A DNA stretch of 64,000 bases from Octopus vulgaris (taxonomy: Eukaryota): assembly GCA_951406725.2 (NCBI GenBank), contig OX597820.1, positions 42,718,001 to 42,782,000 of the forward strand. Reading direction: 5' to 3'. Positions within the stretch are counted from its first letter, which is position 1; each line of letters opens with the position of its first letter. This document shows positions 24,215-37,129 of this stretch, in pieces. The translations under genes and the position numbers were made by a program. The notes under the pieces were generated by a model. That model saw nothing but the letters and a program-made list of their open reading frames with translations. It did not search any database and was not told where the DNA came from.

Positions 24215-24884
24215 GTATGGGTGTTTAGTTCACATGTGATCTAAACGGCTAGGTAAGTGCTTTAACGGATTACCAGGCCTCCAAGGTTGTATCTCAGACG
24301 GCAGTTATGGGCCCATTGTAGATTTCTGATGTAGCGGATACATAATTGTTAAATAGGACAATAAACGTTAAGGCAAGACAAACATCACAAGTCATATACG
24401 TTGATATTATTGGAAAAATTCAAAGTCTTACAGATTATGGGATATTCCGTCATGGGAGACAAATAGGGAAAATGAGAAGGGTGTAGATTAATGAAATGAC
24501 GACACAGAGGACAAGAGAAAAGGAATACGGAGATGAAGAAAGATAAGAAAAACGAAGCATAAAAGTTCACAGTTCAACTTTCCGATCATGTAGAAGTATA
24601 ACTGTCCGTAAGTTGTTAGGTGTAATCCTTTGTAAATCCATATTGCTCAGAGTCCTAATAATGTAAATATCCAGACATACATGCTAACATATCAACGTTC
24701 AATAACAGAATGAAAGCGGAGGTGGATATTAAATGGTAAAAAGAAAGAAAAAAAACAGAAAGAGTGGTAGAAAATGTGAGGAAGGAAATTATTAAGGATT
24801 GACATTAAGGATAAAATGTGATATAGAAGAATATAGTGTTTAAGAATATAGTGTGCAAGAATAACCAAAACGATAAATAAATAA

Positions 24885-24924
<40 letters not shown>

Positions 24925-25567
24925 GGAAAAGAGAGAGAGGAGGAGGAGGAGGAGGAGGAGTTAAATGAAGATTACATAAAACCAGGTAAAATGAAAAGAA
25001 TTCAAAGAGAATAGTAGGTGCCAGTAGTATTCCTGTAGACTGTAGGGGTTGGGGTGGAAATCTAGTAGTAAGTTCTTCTGTTCGCTTTATTGCTAAGGTC
25101 AGTGGCTGTAGAAATATTTTTAGCAAAGCGGTATGGGTGTGTAGGTGGTCATGAATCGAGAAGCCTGTTGAATGTTAAATTATTTAGGAATAAGAGTTAG
25201 AATTAAATATTACGAGATTTATTAGATTAAGGTTTAAGAATAAATTAAAGAATTAACATTTATCATATAAAGTGATGCGGTAAGGTTGATAGAATAGATA
25301 CACAGGGGTATCGTTAACAATCATGGAGGTTTGTATGTGAGTGTTATTCGTGGCGGGGTGAATTTGCATTTCGATTTATGGAAGAATTTAGAAGTTCGGA
25401 ATAATTTGTATTTACACGTTGTGAAGGCTTCGTTGTGCTTGCTAAGCAATTGTGGTGAGTTATGGATTAAAATTTTGAGGGCTTCTTTTAAGCAGAGTCC
25501 ACAATTGGAGTGCTGGCTCTGATATAGTATACCAGAATCTATTATAGCCCAGGAAAGTCTATATTGT
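24215..25567 (-). mobile_element. 3' end of a second Penelope-like element (GIY-YIG C-terminus plus long pLTR, family C)
   Basis: Minus strand 25560-25385 translates RLSWAIIDSGILYQSQHSNCGLCLKEALKIL..LLSKHNEAFTTCKYK (CxLCLxE pattern). 24215-24560 is homologous to 34640-34980. Confidence 0.75.
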
Positions 25568-25830
25568 ACGCAGAATCTTATGCAATGGCCTTGCAGGGGA
25601 CACTCTGTCCCAGATCTGCAGCTGCAGCTATCAGTTCTACGACGGTTAGTTGGAGAGAGAGTGGGGGAAGAGAGATGCAGCAGTGCTACTAATGAACAAG
25701 CTCAAAGCTAGGTTAGAATAAGGTGAATCATTCGTGATATTGCTGTTATCACTGCCGGCATTTCTATTATCATGATCAACGCCACCGTTAGCATTATTAT
25801 CATTATCGTCATTATTGTTATCGGCATGGC

Positions 25831-25831
<1 letters not shown>

Positions 25832-25881
<50 letters not shown>

Positions 25882-25925
25882 TATTATTATTATTATTATT
25901 ATGATCATTATTATTATTATTATTA

Positions 25926-26007
<82 letters not shown>

Positions 26008-26026
26008 CAGCAGCAGAAGCAGCAGC

Positions 26027-26064
<38 letters not shown>

Positions 26065-26095
26065 CCGCAGCAGTAGTAGTAGTAGTAGTGGTAGT

Positions 26096-26165
<70 letters not shown>
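25832..26165. repeat. (AAT)n-(ATT)n-(AGT/AGC)n microsatellite
   Basis: Direct inspection; the AAT and ATT blocks meet head-to-head at ~25880. Confidence 0.97.
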
Positions 26166-26199
26166 TCAGCATTGGTAGTGAAGGTGGTATTAGTGATAT

Positions 26200-26425
26200 C
26201 GAGCTGGCAGAATCGTTAGCACGCCGGGCGAAATGCTTAGCGGTATTTCGTCTGCCGCTACGTTCTGAGTTCAAATTCTGCCGAGTTCGACTTTGCCTTT
26301 CATCCTTTCGGGGTCGATTAAATAAGTACCAGTTACGCACTGGGGTCTATATAATCGACTTAATTCGTTTGTCTGTCCTTGTTTGTCCTCTCTGTGTTTA
26401 GCCCGTTGTGGGTAGTAAAAAAATA
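26200..26425 (+). mobile_element. SINE family 2 with 14 bp TSD
   Basis: GAGCTGGCAGAATCGTTAGC head and GAGTTCAAAT B-box. TSD GGTATTAGT(G/C)ATAT at 26186-26199 and 26426-26439. Confidence 0.9.
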
Positions 26426-26446
26426 GGTATTAGTCATATAACTGTT

Positions 26447-26947
26447 ATCTTTTACTTGTTTCAGCCATTGCACTCTGTCTATGCAGGAATACCGCCTTGA
26501 AGACTTTTTGGTTGAAGGAATCGACTGCAGTACTTATGTTTTAAGCATCGTACTTAATTTATCGATCTCTTTTACCGACCCGCTATGTTACAGGACCGTA
26601 AACACCCCAAACACTGGTTGTCAAGTGGCGATGGAAGACATACACCCACATTCACACACACACTCTCTCTCTCTCTCACACTCTGTTACACAAACTCACA
26701 CACACACACAGACATGCACATATACATACACAAACTCACACACATACGCGCGCACACGCACGCACGCAAACACGCGCGCGCGCGCATTGAACGGGATTTC
26801 AGTTTCCGTCTACCATCCACTCACATTCAGGCTTTTGTCGGTCCCAGGTTCTGGTTGAAGACGATTGCCCAAGGAGCCACGCAGTAGGACTGAACACATA
26901 ACCATGAAGTTGGGAAGCAAACTTCTTACCAAAAAGCCATACCTGTG
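26447..26947 (-). mobile_element. SINE family 1 copy with central CA/TG microsatellite
   Basis: Reverse complement of the head (GTTCAGTCCTACTGCGTGGCTCCTTGGGCAA) and tail (AATGGCTGAAACAAGTAAAA). Confidence 0.8.
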
Positions 26948-26972
26948 CATGTATGTATGTATATATGTATGT

Positions 26973-27189
26973 ATGCGTATAAGAATGGATGACCACTAAG
27001 CAGACATCCAATATGCTAGAAATAGATCACCTACGATCTAACCACAAAGGAAAAGAATATTCTCTAGAAAAATTCAAGTGTTTCCTGAATTTTCGTAGAG
27101 AACATTCTTTTCCTTTGTGATTGGATCGTAAGTGATCTATTTCTAGCATATTGGATGTCTGCTTAGTGGTCATACCATCTTATACGCAT
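26973..27189. repeat. Inverted repeat with ~104 bp arms and 9 bp spacer
   Basis: 26973-27076 versus 27086-27189, roughly 90% complementary. Confidence 0.93.
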
Positions 27190-27290
27190 GTAATACAATT
27201 TTTCTGAATTTTCAGATTTTTCTACATGCAAGGCCACTGGTTTTAAATTGATGTTAAATTAATATTCAATTTATCACCCTTAATATTTAA

Positions 27291-27327
<37 letters not shown>

Positions 27328-27726
27328 CACATGCGTGTGCGCCTGTGTGTATTTGTGAATTTTTGTGTGTGTTTGTGTGTTTGATTGCGCACGCACACAT
27401 ACGTCTGTGTACATTTAGTGTTTTCCTGAAATACTACATACTTAAAGCTAATGGCAGTATTGCATGTAACTGAAGAAGATATTTTCATAGACGCGGATTG
27501 TCTTATGGTCAGGGTGAATCTTTGAGAACGACTTAAATGATTATAATTCTAAGTGCTGAGAATGATGATTATGAAACGGGACAGTTGTTTAAAAATTCAT
27601 GCACAGCATAAGTGCAGACATTTTCGTTTGAAAACTGTACAGTCTGCTTGGAGAGGATGCGAACACAAGGCGTATACGTCTTCATGCAGCTATCTGAAGT
27701 AAGGCATTTAAAACATAGCAGCGTGA

Positions 27727-28056
27727 GTTAAAGAAGACTCCGCCGGTTACGACGACGAGGGTCCCAGCTGATACGATCAACGGAACAGCTTGCTCGTGAA
27801 ATTAACGTGCAAATGGCTGAGCATTCCACAGACATGTGTACCCTTAACGTAGTTCTCGGGGATAATCAGCGTGACACAGAGAGTGACAAGGCTGACCCTT
27901 TGAAATACAAGTACAACTCATTTTTGCCAGCTGAGTGGACTGGAGCAACGTGAAATAAAGTGTCTTGCTCAAGGACACAACGCGTCGCCGGGAATCGAAC
28001 TCACAACCTTACGATCATGAGCCGAATGCCCTAACCACTAAGCCACGCGCCCTCAC
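27727..28056 (-). mobile_element. Full-length tRNA-derived SINE family 3 with 10 bp TSD
   Basis: A box TGGCTTAGTGG and B box GAGTTCGATTC on the minus strand. TSD AGCAGCGTGA at 27717-27726 and 28057-28066. Confidence 0.92.
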
Positions 28057-29046
28057 AGCAGCGTGAATATGATGCCTAAGATAGTTTTCTATTCCGAATT
28101 TGCTTCTGTACTGTACATTTACCATAACCGTAGCATTCATTTGAGTTTTGCGGTAATAGAGGGCTAAAAAAATGCTAAAGTATCCCTCTCATTTATTTTG
28201 TGCCGACACTTAATAGCCGAGATATACTATAAAGTTGTTATTCATAAACACTGCTACAGGAAAATTATTAGTTCATTCTTGCATGAATTTTTTATTGTTT
28301 CAAAAACAATCAATACTAACCCTGCGATAGTTTTATATATGTCTTATTCAGAAAGAGAACGATTTGTCTGTGTGTTAGCTTGAATTCTTCATTGATTACT
28401 TCGTTTGCACTACATACAAACACACTTGCTACTTCACATCCAAAGTATCAACACTCTCACGCATATGGAATTACTTTGTTTTTCATATATATTATATTAA
28501 ATATTTAATATGTTATATTTTATATATTATGCTAAATCATCAACACTTTCCTTTACTTTCCTTTCTAGTCTGGTTCATTTCATCCTCTCCCACCTTCCCC
28601 GACCGAAATTTTAATTAGATAGAGAAAAAAATTAATATTAGATAGGTAAATCGATAAAAACGTTATGTATCCAACTATTAAACATTATAATTATATATTT
28701 CATACGTATGTGAATGCACGATTCTTTCCTTTTTCTTTCGCTTCCGCGATGGTTCAGTAGCGACTAAACGAACACTCACGAAAACCATGCGTATGTATCT
28801 TTATACACCATCTACTTCTGAAAATTGCATAACATTTGTTTCAATGTACACAACCACATTGGTGGCTGTACATACTGAATTAAATCTTAAAATATTCGTA
28901 ACCATTGTTGCTGCAAATTTTCTCTTCTTTGGACCGGGAACTTTATTATGCATTTTTACTTGTGTTCATTGCAAACACACTGTCGCGCGCTCACAGACTC
29001 ATACACGCGCGCATACATACATACATACATACATACATACATACAT

Positions 29047-29109
<63 letters not shown>

Positions 29110-29508
29110 CATACATACAAACGTACATACATACCTACATTGCAGATACGGATGCAACAAAAATATTCATCTAAATATAAAGACACACACGGCTTCAGAA
29201 ATAAAATACTGATGAAATCTCTGAAATATACATTCTACCCTACCTTGTTAAATAATGTCAGCGTCAGAGGATATCCCACAGGTTTCACAACGATAAAGAT
29301 ATCTTCTCTCCGATGTAACTATGTTTATGGACAACGTTTCGAATTTTTAGTGAAACCTTTCTTATTTATTTCACAGTGGAAGGATTTTTTTTTACTCAAG
29401 TACCATTTTTTTGCTTTTGTATTTTGTTCACCATCTAAGGCGTGGGATCTTGGAAACAATATTTTTATTCATCTTTATAGTCTAGGTCGCTATTTTGGTC
29501 GAAACTAA

Positions 29509-29836
29509 CACTGTTTGTGACATCTTGGGCAAGTGTCTTCAAGTTTCTTTGGTTGTCCCCAGGCAATGCCTGGGGACGACTAAAACCTTGTTCCTGTATT
29601 TGGTAGTCGAAAACTAAAACAAACCTGTCGTGTAGATATATGTGTGTGAGTGTGTGCGAACACATGTGTGAATCTTTGTGTCTGTATTTGTTACCCACCA
29701 CCGCTTGACAACTGCTGTTGGTTTGTTTACGTCTCAGTAACTTTTAAAGTACCAGTCGATTCATTCGACTAAAAGTTCTTCAAGGCAGTGCCCCAGCATG
29801 GCCACGGTAAATGAATGAAGCAGGTAAAAGACAGAA
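29509..29836 (+). mobile_element. 5'-truncated SINE family 1 copy
   Basis: CATCTTGGGCAAGTGTCTTC..CCGCTTGACAAC..CAGCATGGCC. Confidence 0.75.
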
Positions 29837-30029
29837 TATATAAGATAAAATTAGCTCCGGTTTCCTTTGCTCTCAGGAAAATAGGAAATAATTTTCTTAC
29901 GCTTAATTGTACATGAAGAACAAATGGAAAAAAATATTTGAAATAAACTTTTCCTTCCACAAACAAGTGTAACGTTACGTAATTGTTAAGATGAAATATA
30001 TGATTATGATGCAACTCCATGAAATTTCA

Positions 30030-30960
30030 TGAAACAAGTTTTATCAACTTTCGCAATACACACACACCTGAAATTTAAAACTGAAAAATTATGTCCGACA
30101 TTAACAACTGTCTATCTTGTACCGGTTATTGGTAGACTTTACAGACCAGTGACCAATATTGTTGAAACGAACTGTTTATGGAACTGTTGATGCTTTCAGT
30201 GATCGTACATTCCTGGCAGGAACGTCAAATTTATCTTCACTGCCAGTATTGTTTTCTCCTTGTATCAGGCTTCTGCAAATATCAGTGTGGAAATAAACCA
30301 AAGAACTTATAACCTCCGAATTGGTGGTAGATGACAAATACACTGACAACAACTAAGGAGATAGTACTAAAAGCAATTCTGTGATATTTCTTGGTGCGTT
30401 TCTTGGTTCGATAAAATGCTTGGAGCATATCAGCTTTATCAACCCAACTCATGTAGCGGTTGTAAATGTCAACACTTACAGGATGGGTTACTTTCAGCTC
30501 CTTGCAATTCTTGCCTCGCAGCACTTGAACAATGATGCAAGATCCTTACCAACCAATTTGGACATTTTCAGGACCCGGCGATTATCATGCTATCCACAAA
30601 TCACAAGATTATGATTTTTCTTGACAAACACGCATATGGATCCACGTCCCTCCTTTTTCATTACTGATTAGGTAAGTATAGGGAACATTTTGACTCTTTA
30701 GTTCTTAGTGTGCCAACAGCAAAGGTTTCTTGATGTCTAACCTGAGAAATAATTTCAAGGCTTGCTGATAGATTATGAAGCAAAATTGTATGCTTATGTT
30801 TTTCAAGCTCCTTTGTTAGGCGTAGCACCACAGTCTCACTCTTTCCAAACTTATACAGAATCAGAATATTCGTAGATGGTTCTTTTGCATCGTTTTCTCT
30901 GAGGACTTAAGAATCGTAAATATAGCCCGATATTTCGGCAATACGCCATATCATGAAATT
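30030..30960 (-). mobile_element. Decayed piggyBac transposase
   Basis: VDIYNRYMSWVDKADMLQAFYRTKKRTKKY (cf. YNxxMGGVDxxD..RTxKWY); upstream VGTLR, GRGS and DNR motifs. Confidence 0.85.
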
Positions 30961-31839
30961 TGTTTCGGTTGTAAAAGGAACTGCGGTAAAATAAAAATAC
31001 AAATAATTGCAGTACATATTGATGATGATATATGTATCACAAACTCAGAAATAACTCGTATGCAACACTACATCACCATTTAGATCCAATACATTTATTG
31101 AAACATTCCACATTTACAAACAAAGAATGGAAGCAATGATGTTCTACTCTCCATATTTTCTTAAGTGTACAAAAGCTTTTTCTGATGATTTACACATATA
31201 TATCAAAGAAAACGAAAGCAAACTTATAAATAAGAAAGAATTAACATACCTAAAGACAATACAACAGAAAAATAACAAAAGTAATTTTTCACTAACCTAT
31301 ATTTTCAGGAAAGTTTGCTCAGCAGACTGGGAACTACTTTTACGTCTATCCTAGTTAAGGCTGCCATCTTGGAAGTACTTCACGATTATCTCAAAATGCA
31401 TTTGATTATAAACTATAAACTTTGATGTAAGTGGTCTAAAATTATGACAGCTGAAACGGGACCTGTTCAAAAGCAACATACATTTTAATTTTGTACACTT
31501 ATGTGTGCATCAGACCTTAAAGTGTTAAAATACAGTTATGAAAGACATATTTTCCACATATATCCATGTGAGAGTTTTTTTTTCCTTATTGTGAATTTAT
31601 TTGTGCTTAAATGCTTGACACTTCAAAGAGAATGTTATCCCCATACGAATAAAAAACAAAAAGAAAAATGGGGCGAACAAATTTATTTTTATACGTTTAG
31701 TGAAAAACGAGAGAAAATGTACTCATTGTAGAATTTGGTTCTCATTTCTGTTGAAAATTCAAACCAATGCTACTTGCGGACATAACGTATAAGAGCTAGG
31801 AAGTTGATGCAGGGTGTAGTATAAATCCTTAATACCGAC

Positions 31840-31882
<43 letters not shown>

Positions 31883-31883
<1 letters not shown>

Positions 31884-33069
31884 GGACATGCAGGAAGTAA
31901 ATAGACACCTTTAATTTTCAAAATTTTTGATATAAAAGTCTTAATATATTTTCAGCGGTGTAGAATTTACAATGTAATTATTATTCTTTTTCATTCCAGG
32001 TGCCATTATATTAAACATTTGCGAAGAGTAACCATGTCACGCACAAAAGATTCAGCAGAACTGTCAGAATTTCAAAGAGGTCGTATTGTTGGGCAATCTG
32101 CGGCTGATCTTAATCAGCGATTAATTGCCGAAAACCTTCAAATTCCTCTTGCTACTGTTATTAGAATTATAGTGCTGTTCAAAAGCCAAGGAAAAGAATC
32201 AACAGATCCTCGTTCCGGCCGACCTGGGCCTTCGGAAAGGAAGCTTCGATGTTTGAAGAGAATTGTGCAAAACGAACCCCGTTCGAAGGCTTCTGGCATT
32301 GCAGAACAGCTAGAAGTGTGTCATATATCTACATAAGTTTGGGTACTATGGACGAGCAGCTAGAAGAAAACCTCTCCTTCAACCAATTAATATCACGAAA
32401 AGAAAGAAATGGGCTAAGGTGTTGTCAGAAAAATGCTGTTTATTTTGGGATAGAGTAATTTTCTCAGATGAATCCAGATTTGCATTATTCTCAAACAGAG
32501 GACGAGTTTGGGTCTAGAGGCTTCCCAATCAAGAATTTGATTTGAAACGATTCAAACCAACTGTGAAACATGGCGGTATCTCTGTAATAGTCGTTCTGAG
32601 GTGATCGAAAGTGTTGGAACCATAAATCCTGAAAATATATCGAAATGATTAAGCAAGGACTACTTCCGATGTATTCACACGATAACATAACGAAAAATGA
32701 TTTTTTATTCGTGGACAATGGGGCTCCATACCACACAGCGAAAAGGAATTAACAATGGCTGACAAAAATGGGATCAAAAAGCTTCCTTGGCCGAGCCAAT
32801 CTCCTGACATGAACCCAATTGAAAATCTTTGGAGCATACTAGATAGAGCTATAAGAAAATCTCGACAGAAACCTAAATCTAATCGATTGTTGCGTGTAAA
32901 GTGGGCAGAAATTCCACAAGAGACAATCACAAAGTTCATCAGTTCAATGCCAAAGAGAGTTTCTGAATTAAAAACTGCAAACCTATCGATTACATTTGAA
33001 TTGTTCGCTTTGCGTAATAAATAAAAGATTTTGAAAATTGAAGGTGTCTATTTACTTCCTGCATGACTG
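31883..33069 (+). mobile_element. Near full-length Tc1 (DD34E-type) transposon, pseudogenised
   Basis: ~45 bp TIRs CAGTCATGCAGGAAGTAAATAGACACCTT; inserted after (TA)n. Motifs [33 protein letters not shown] and WPSQSPDMNPIENLW. Confidence 0.95.
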
Positions 33070-33194
33070 TGTATATACACAGGCACATACACACATATGT
33101 GTATTTTATATACATATATACGTGTGTGCTGGGAGAGATAGAGGGCGAGAAGAATATGATGTAATATGCTAAATTTTAATACTGCCGTTTCTCA

Positions 33195-34480
33195 TTTAGA
33201 TGTACCAACAGCTTGCAGCTCTAGTTGCTAAAACGTAGCTGAGTTCTCAGTCCTGACCAGGGCTGGCCAGCCTGTGGTCCGCAGTCCGCATGCAGCCCGC
33301 TGACTTTTATCTAGCGGTCTGCTTGATACTGTCTTGAAATGGGTTTATATAAAAACAAACATATGAAAAATTTTATCAAAAATTAAAGATTGTGATGAAA
33401 AGTAAAAAAAAAAGAAAGATTCTACTGTTTTAGCAGAGATAATATTTCATGTTGAATCAATGATCATTCATTCATAATTGTAATAATAACATGAGAAAGC
33501 AAAATACTTACAATTCTGTTAGTATACAAACGTCCCTCAAAGAACTTTCTGTAATTAAAGTGGACCGCAATGTAATTCGAGTTGGCCAGACCTGGTCTTC
33601 AGGATCGAGAAAAATCTGCAGGCTTTCAGGAGAAATGTTTTATCTGTTAAACGAACAGTTGATGGCCGATATTGTCCAGATTATTTGAAGTATCATTACT
33701 GTCAATATTAGTGTTTATAACTACTGATCCCGATGAGAGCAATTGTCGAGCAGCTCAGTGGAGCTCTCCATTATTAGATGTATGGTGTATGAGGACGTCA
33801 GGTAAAAGAAACTTATAGTAAGAGAAAACACAGCTGATGTCTGAGTAGAGACAGTAGATCCATGCAAACATATGAACCACGGAGCCATGAAGCTTTCTCG
33901 CTTGCCAGATTTGATTCACTTCGACTGCAGAGAATAGGACTCCAAGGCAAAGTATTAACAAGTGTCACTGCGATATGAGAGACTTGGTGGAAGCAGCTAT
34001 TACGGATGTGATAGCTATTAGGTTTTAGCACAAAGTCATTTCCATAGCCATAGAAAGACTGTCCTTCATTATGTGGGCCAATTTTTTTCCTTTTTCGGTG
34101 AATGGCCTTACTGGTGTATCTATCTGCACATATGTATCAAGCCTAGAGTATGTTGTTTCTTTTCTGTTGTTTCGTTTGAGTATGTTGTTTCTTTTTATGT
34201 ATTTAAAATTCCTTTTAATTTCTTTCATTAAGGGTTTTCTCAAGCAGTAATAATAACAATAATCTTTGGATGGAATTTATGAACATTTAATGCAGCTCCG
34301 CGCGTATCTACAAGTCACATGTTTCTTGAGATCATAATCCGTATTCCTGGGGTTGATGATAGGGTAGTCCGTTGTACCCATGGGCATCGGCTAGATCATC
34401 TTCATGGATACATTTCTTCAGGCGATATCACACTAATGGATTTTTTGCCAGAAGGATGTTTATCTCTTTTAACCAGTGAG
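33195..34480 (-). pseudogene. Possible very old PLE-type reverse transcriptase remnant, interrupted by the MITE
   Basis: Fragments in the expected order: IDTPVRPF (cf. PxRPI), SFFYLTSSYT (cf. SFDVxSLYT) and F*QLELQAVGTS (cf. QxxGxAMGS). Confidence 0.4.
33258..33594. mobile_element. hAT-like MITE
   Basis: TIR CAGGGCTGGCCAGC versus reverse complement CAGGTCTGGCCAAC; subterminal CCGC motifs; weak 8 bp TSD (GTCCTGAC/GTCTTCAG). Confidence 0.65.
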
Positions 34481-34560
34481 AGAAGGTTGGTTGAGTTGTA
34501 TTGACACACCCATCCATCCATCCATCCATCCATCAATACATCCATCCATCCTTCCATACA

Positions 34561-34594
<34 letters not shown>

Positions 34595-34639
34595 CATACA
34601 TACATACATATAGATATAGAAAAAGAAAAAAATCGAAGA

Positions 34640-34980
34640 AAAAAGAAGCCTTCTTTTTTTCTTTCTCTTTATCTCCTTACTCCTTTTCTCCTGTCCTCTG
34701 TGTTGTCATTTAATTAATCTATACTCGTTTCATTTTCTCCATTTGTTTCAGATGAAGAAATATCCCATACTCTAGGATATCACAGAAACAGCTGTAAGAC
34801 TTCGAATTTTTCCAATAATAATAGCGTATATTAATTTGAGATGCTTGTCTTGCCTTAACGTTCTTTCTCCTCTTTAACAATTACATATCCGCTATATTGG
34901 AAATCTACAATGGCTCCATAACTCCCGCTACAGCGCTTACCCAGCGTACCTAGTCGTTTAGATCACCTGTGAACTAAACC
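34640..34980 (+). mobile_element. Solo pLTR-like copy of family C
   Basis: Collinear with the reverse complement of 24215-24560. Confidence 0.8.
34745..34800 (+). ncRNA. Type I minimal hammerhead ribozyme motif with palindromic helix III loop
   Basis: GTTT-CAGATGA-..ATATCC..GGATAT..-GAAAC-AGCT-GTA-AGAC. One core substitution (CAG for CTG). Confidence 0.7.
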
Positions 34981-34991
34981 TGTGTGTGTGT

Positions 34992-35150
34992 AGGCGCGGG
35001 CATGGCTGTGTGGTTAGGGAGCTTGCTTCCTAGCTACATGGTTTCGGGTTCAGTCCCACTGCGTGGCACTTTGGGTAGGTGTCTTCCACTATAGCTCCGA
35101 GCCGACCGGAGCTTTGTGATTGAATTCGGTAGGTGGAAGTTACTGCCGTG
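34992..35150 (+). mobile_element. SINE family 1 head
   Basis: GGCGCGGGCATGGCTGTGTGG..GGGTTCAGTCCCACTGCGTGGCAC. Confidence 0.85.
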
Positions 35151-35261
35151 TGAGTATATGTGCGTATAGCTGCTCAGTGCCTCTCCGAAAGAGAGAGAGG
35201 GAATATAATATATATACACATATATATATATATACATACACACATATATATATATACACAT

Positions 35262-35312
<51 letters not shown>

Positions 35313-35816
35313 TATATATGTATGTATGTATGCATATATGTATGTATAAAGAGGTCCATAGATAGAGATACATTGGAAGCGCATAAACATCTATATGAAC
35401 TTAGGCATACATTGACATACATATATGCGCGTGTGTATATGGTCCTGTGTCTATGTGTTGTGTGCATGTGTGTGTATATGTTTCCCATCTGTATGTATTT
35501 GTATGTGTGTCTGCGTGCGGCGTGTGAGTGCGCGCGCGCGCGTGTGTGTGTGTTTGTGTGCATTTGTGTAGCGGAATAAGCTTAGAAATATGGTACGTAT
35601 ACCGTACAATGCTATAAATTCAATTAATAATAAGTGATACATGTAGATTTGAATAAATACTTGCACTCGTATCGCACGTATTTCGTAGTTTGTGTGGGAC
35701 AGTAAATATATTATCAGTTGGAGTGTGCGTATGTGGTACTGCAACTTCCTGTATGTAATAACACGCACACACTTACATACAGACATACACAAACGCTTAC
35801 AAACATATACCTATTT

Positions 35817-36045
35817 CTGTACTACCCACAAAGGGCTAAACGCAGAGAGGACAAACAAGGACAGACAAACGGATTAAGTTGATTATATCGACCCCAGTGC
35901 GTAACTGGTACTTATTTAATCGACCCCCGAAAGGATGAAAGGCAAAGTTGACCTCGGTGGAATTTGAACTCAGAATGTGAACACAGATGAAATACCGCTA
36001 AGCATTCCGTCCGGCGTGCTAACGATTCTGCCAGCTCCCCGCCTT
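35817..36045 (-). mobile_element. SINE family 2 with 17 bp TSD and an extra 5' segment
   Basis: Collinear with 26200-26425. TSD CAAACATATACCTATTT at 35800-35816 and 36078-36094. Confidence 0.92.
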
Positions 36046-36352
36046 TATTAGCAAGGAGAGTAGTTACAATTGGGCTTCAAACATATACCTATTTACTGGA
36101 GAACAGAGAATCGAAATTTACATGTATATATGTATATATGCATGAAGGCATGTTGTATTTGGCATCTATATTACATATACATACTCAAATTTATATTCAT
36201 ATTAGACTGTGTATATGTGTATTAAAATATGCGACACTAAGGGATTAAAGTACATATATAACGAATATCTAGGCGATATCATAGAATGACGTAGTTGCAG
36301 AGTGCATATATTATATATATATATATATATATATACGTGTGTGTGAGTGCAT

Positions 36353-36403
<51 letters not shown>

Positions 36404-36469
36404 TATATATCTATCTATATATATATGTATATGTACATATATATATATATATGTACATATCTATCTATA

Positions 36470-36503
<34 letters not shown>

Positions 36504-36523
36504 AGTAAATATCTATCTATCTA

Positions 36524-36571
<48 letters not shown>

Positions 36572-36681
36572 TATAGATATATATATATATGTTCACATAC
36601 ACACACATACATATGATAGATAGATACAAAGATAGAGAACAAGGAAGTTATCAGTGGGAATCTTTGGGCAATGCAGTAGTC

Positions 36682-36742
<61 letters not shown>

Positions 36743-36783
36743 CAGTAGTAGTAAGTGAGGGAATATACTATATATATTTATAT

Positions 36784-36824
<41 letters not shown>

Positions 36825-37129
36825 GCACACACACATGCATATATTCACGAATATATACATGTATGTATGTGTCTATGTATGCCTATAAGGAGTCAGACAG
36901 ACATGCAGACAGTGAATAAGAAAGCAAGAGAATGTGAGAAATAAAGAAAGCCGAGCAGGAATTGCATTGAGAATGAGGTGGGGGAATATATGAGTAAGGG
37001 AGAGGGCGGTATAAACCCGACGAAGTGAAGTTTAAATAGGAATAGGAATGGCAAGGAAAGGAAGGAGGGAGGAAGACATATATGGAAGGAATGTGAGAGA
37101 GAAGAAAATGAGACTTGAAACCTGTCATG

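Noticed and set aside
27985-28056. tRNA-like sequence with A and B boxes
   Set aside because: It is the head of a TSD-flanked SINE; no complete cloverleaf is evident.
29209-29236. CTGATGA-AATCTCT-GAAA hammerhead-like string
   Set aside because: No stem II or stem I pairing; likely chance.
31182-31212. CTGATGA-TTT..AAA-GAAA string
   Set aside because: Only an A/T chance stem; no helix I or III.
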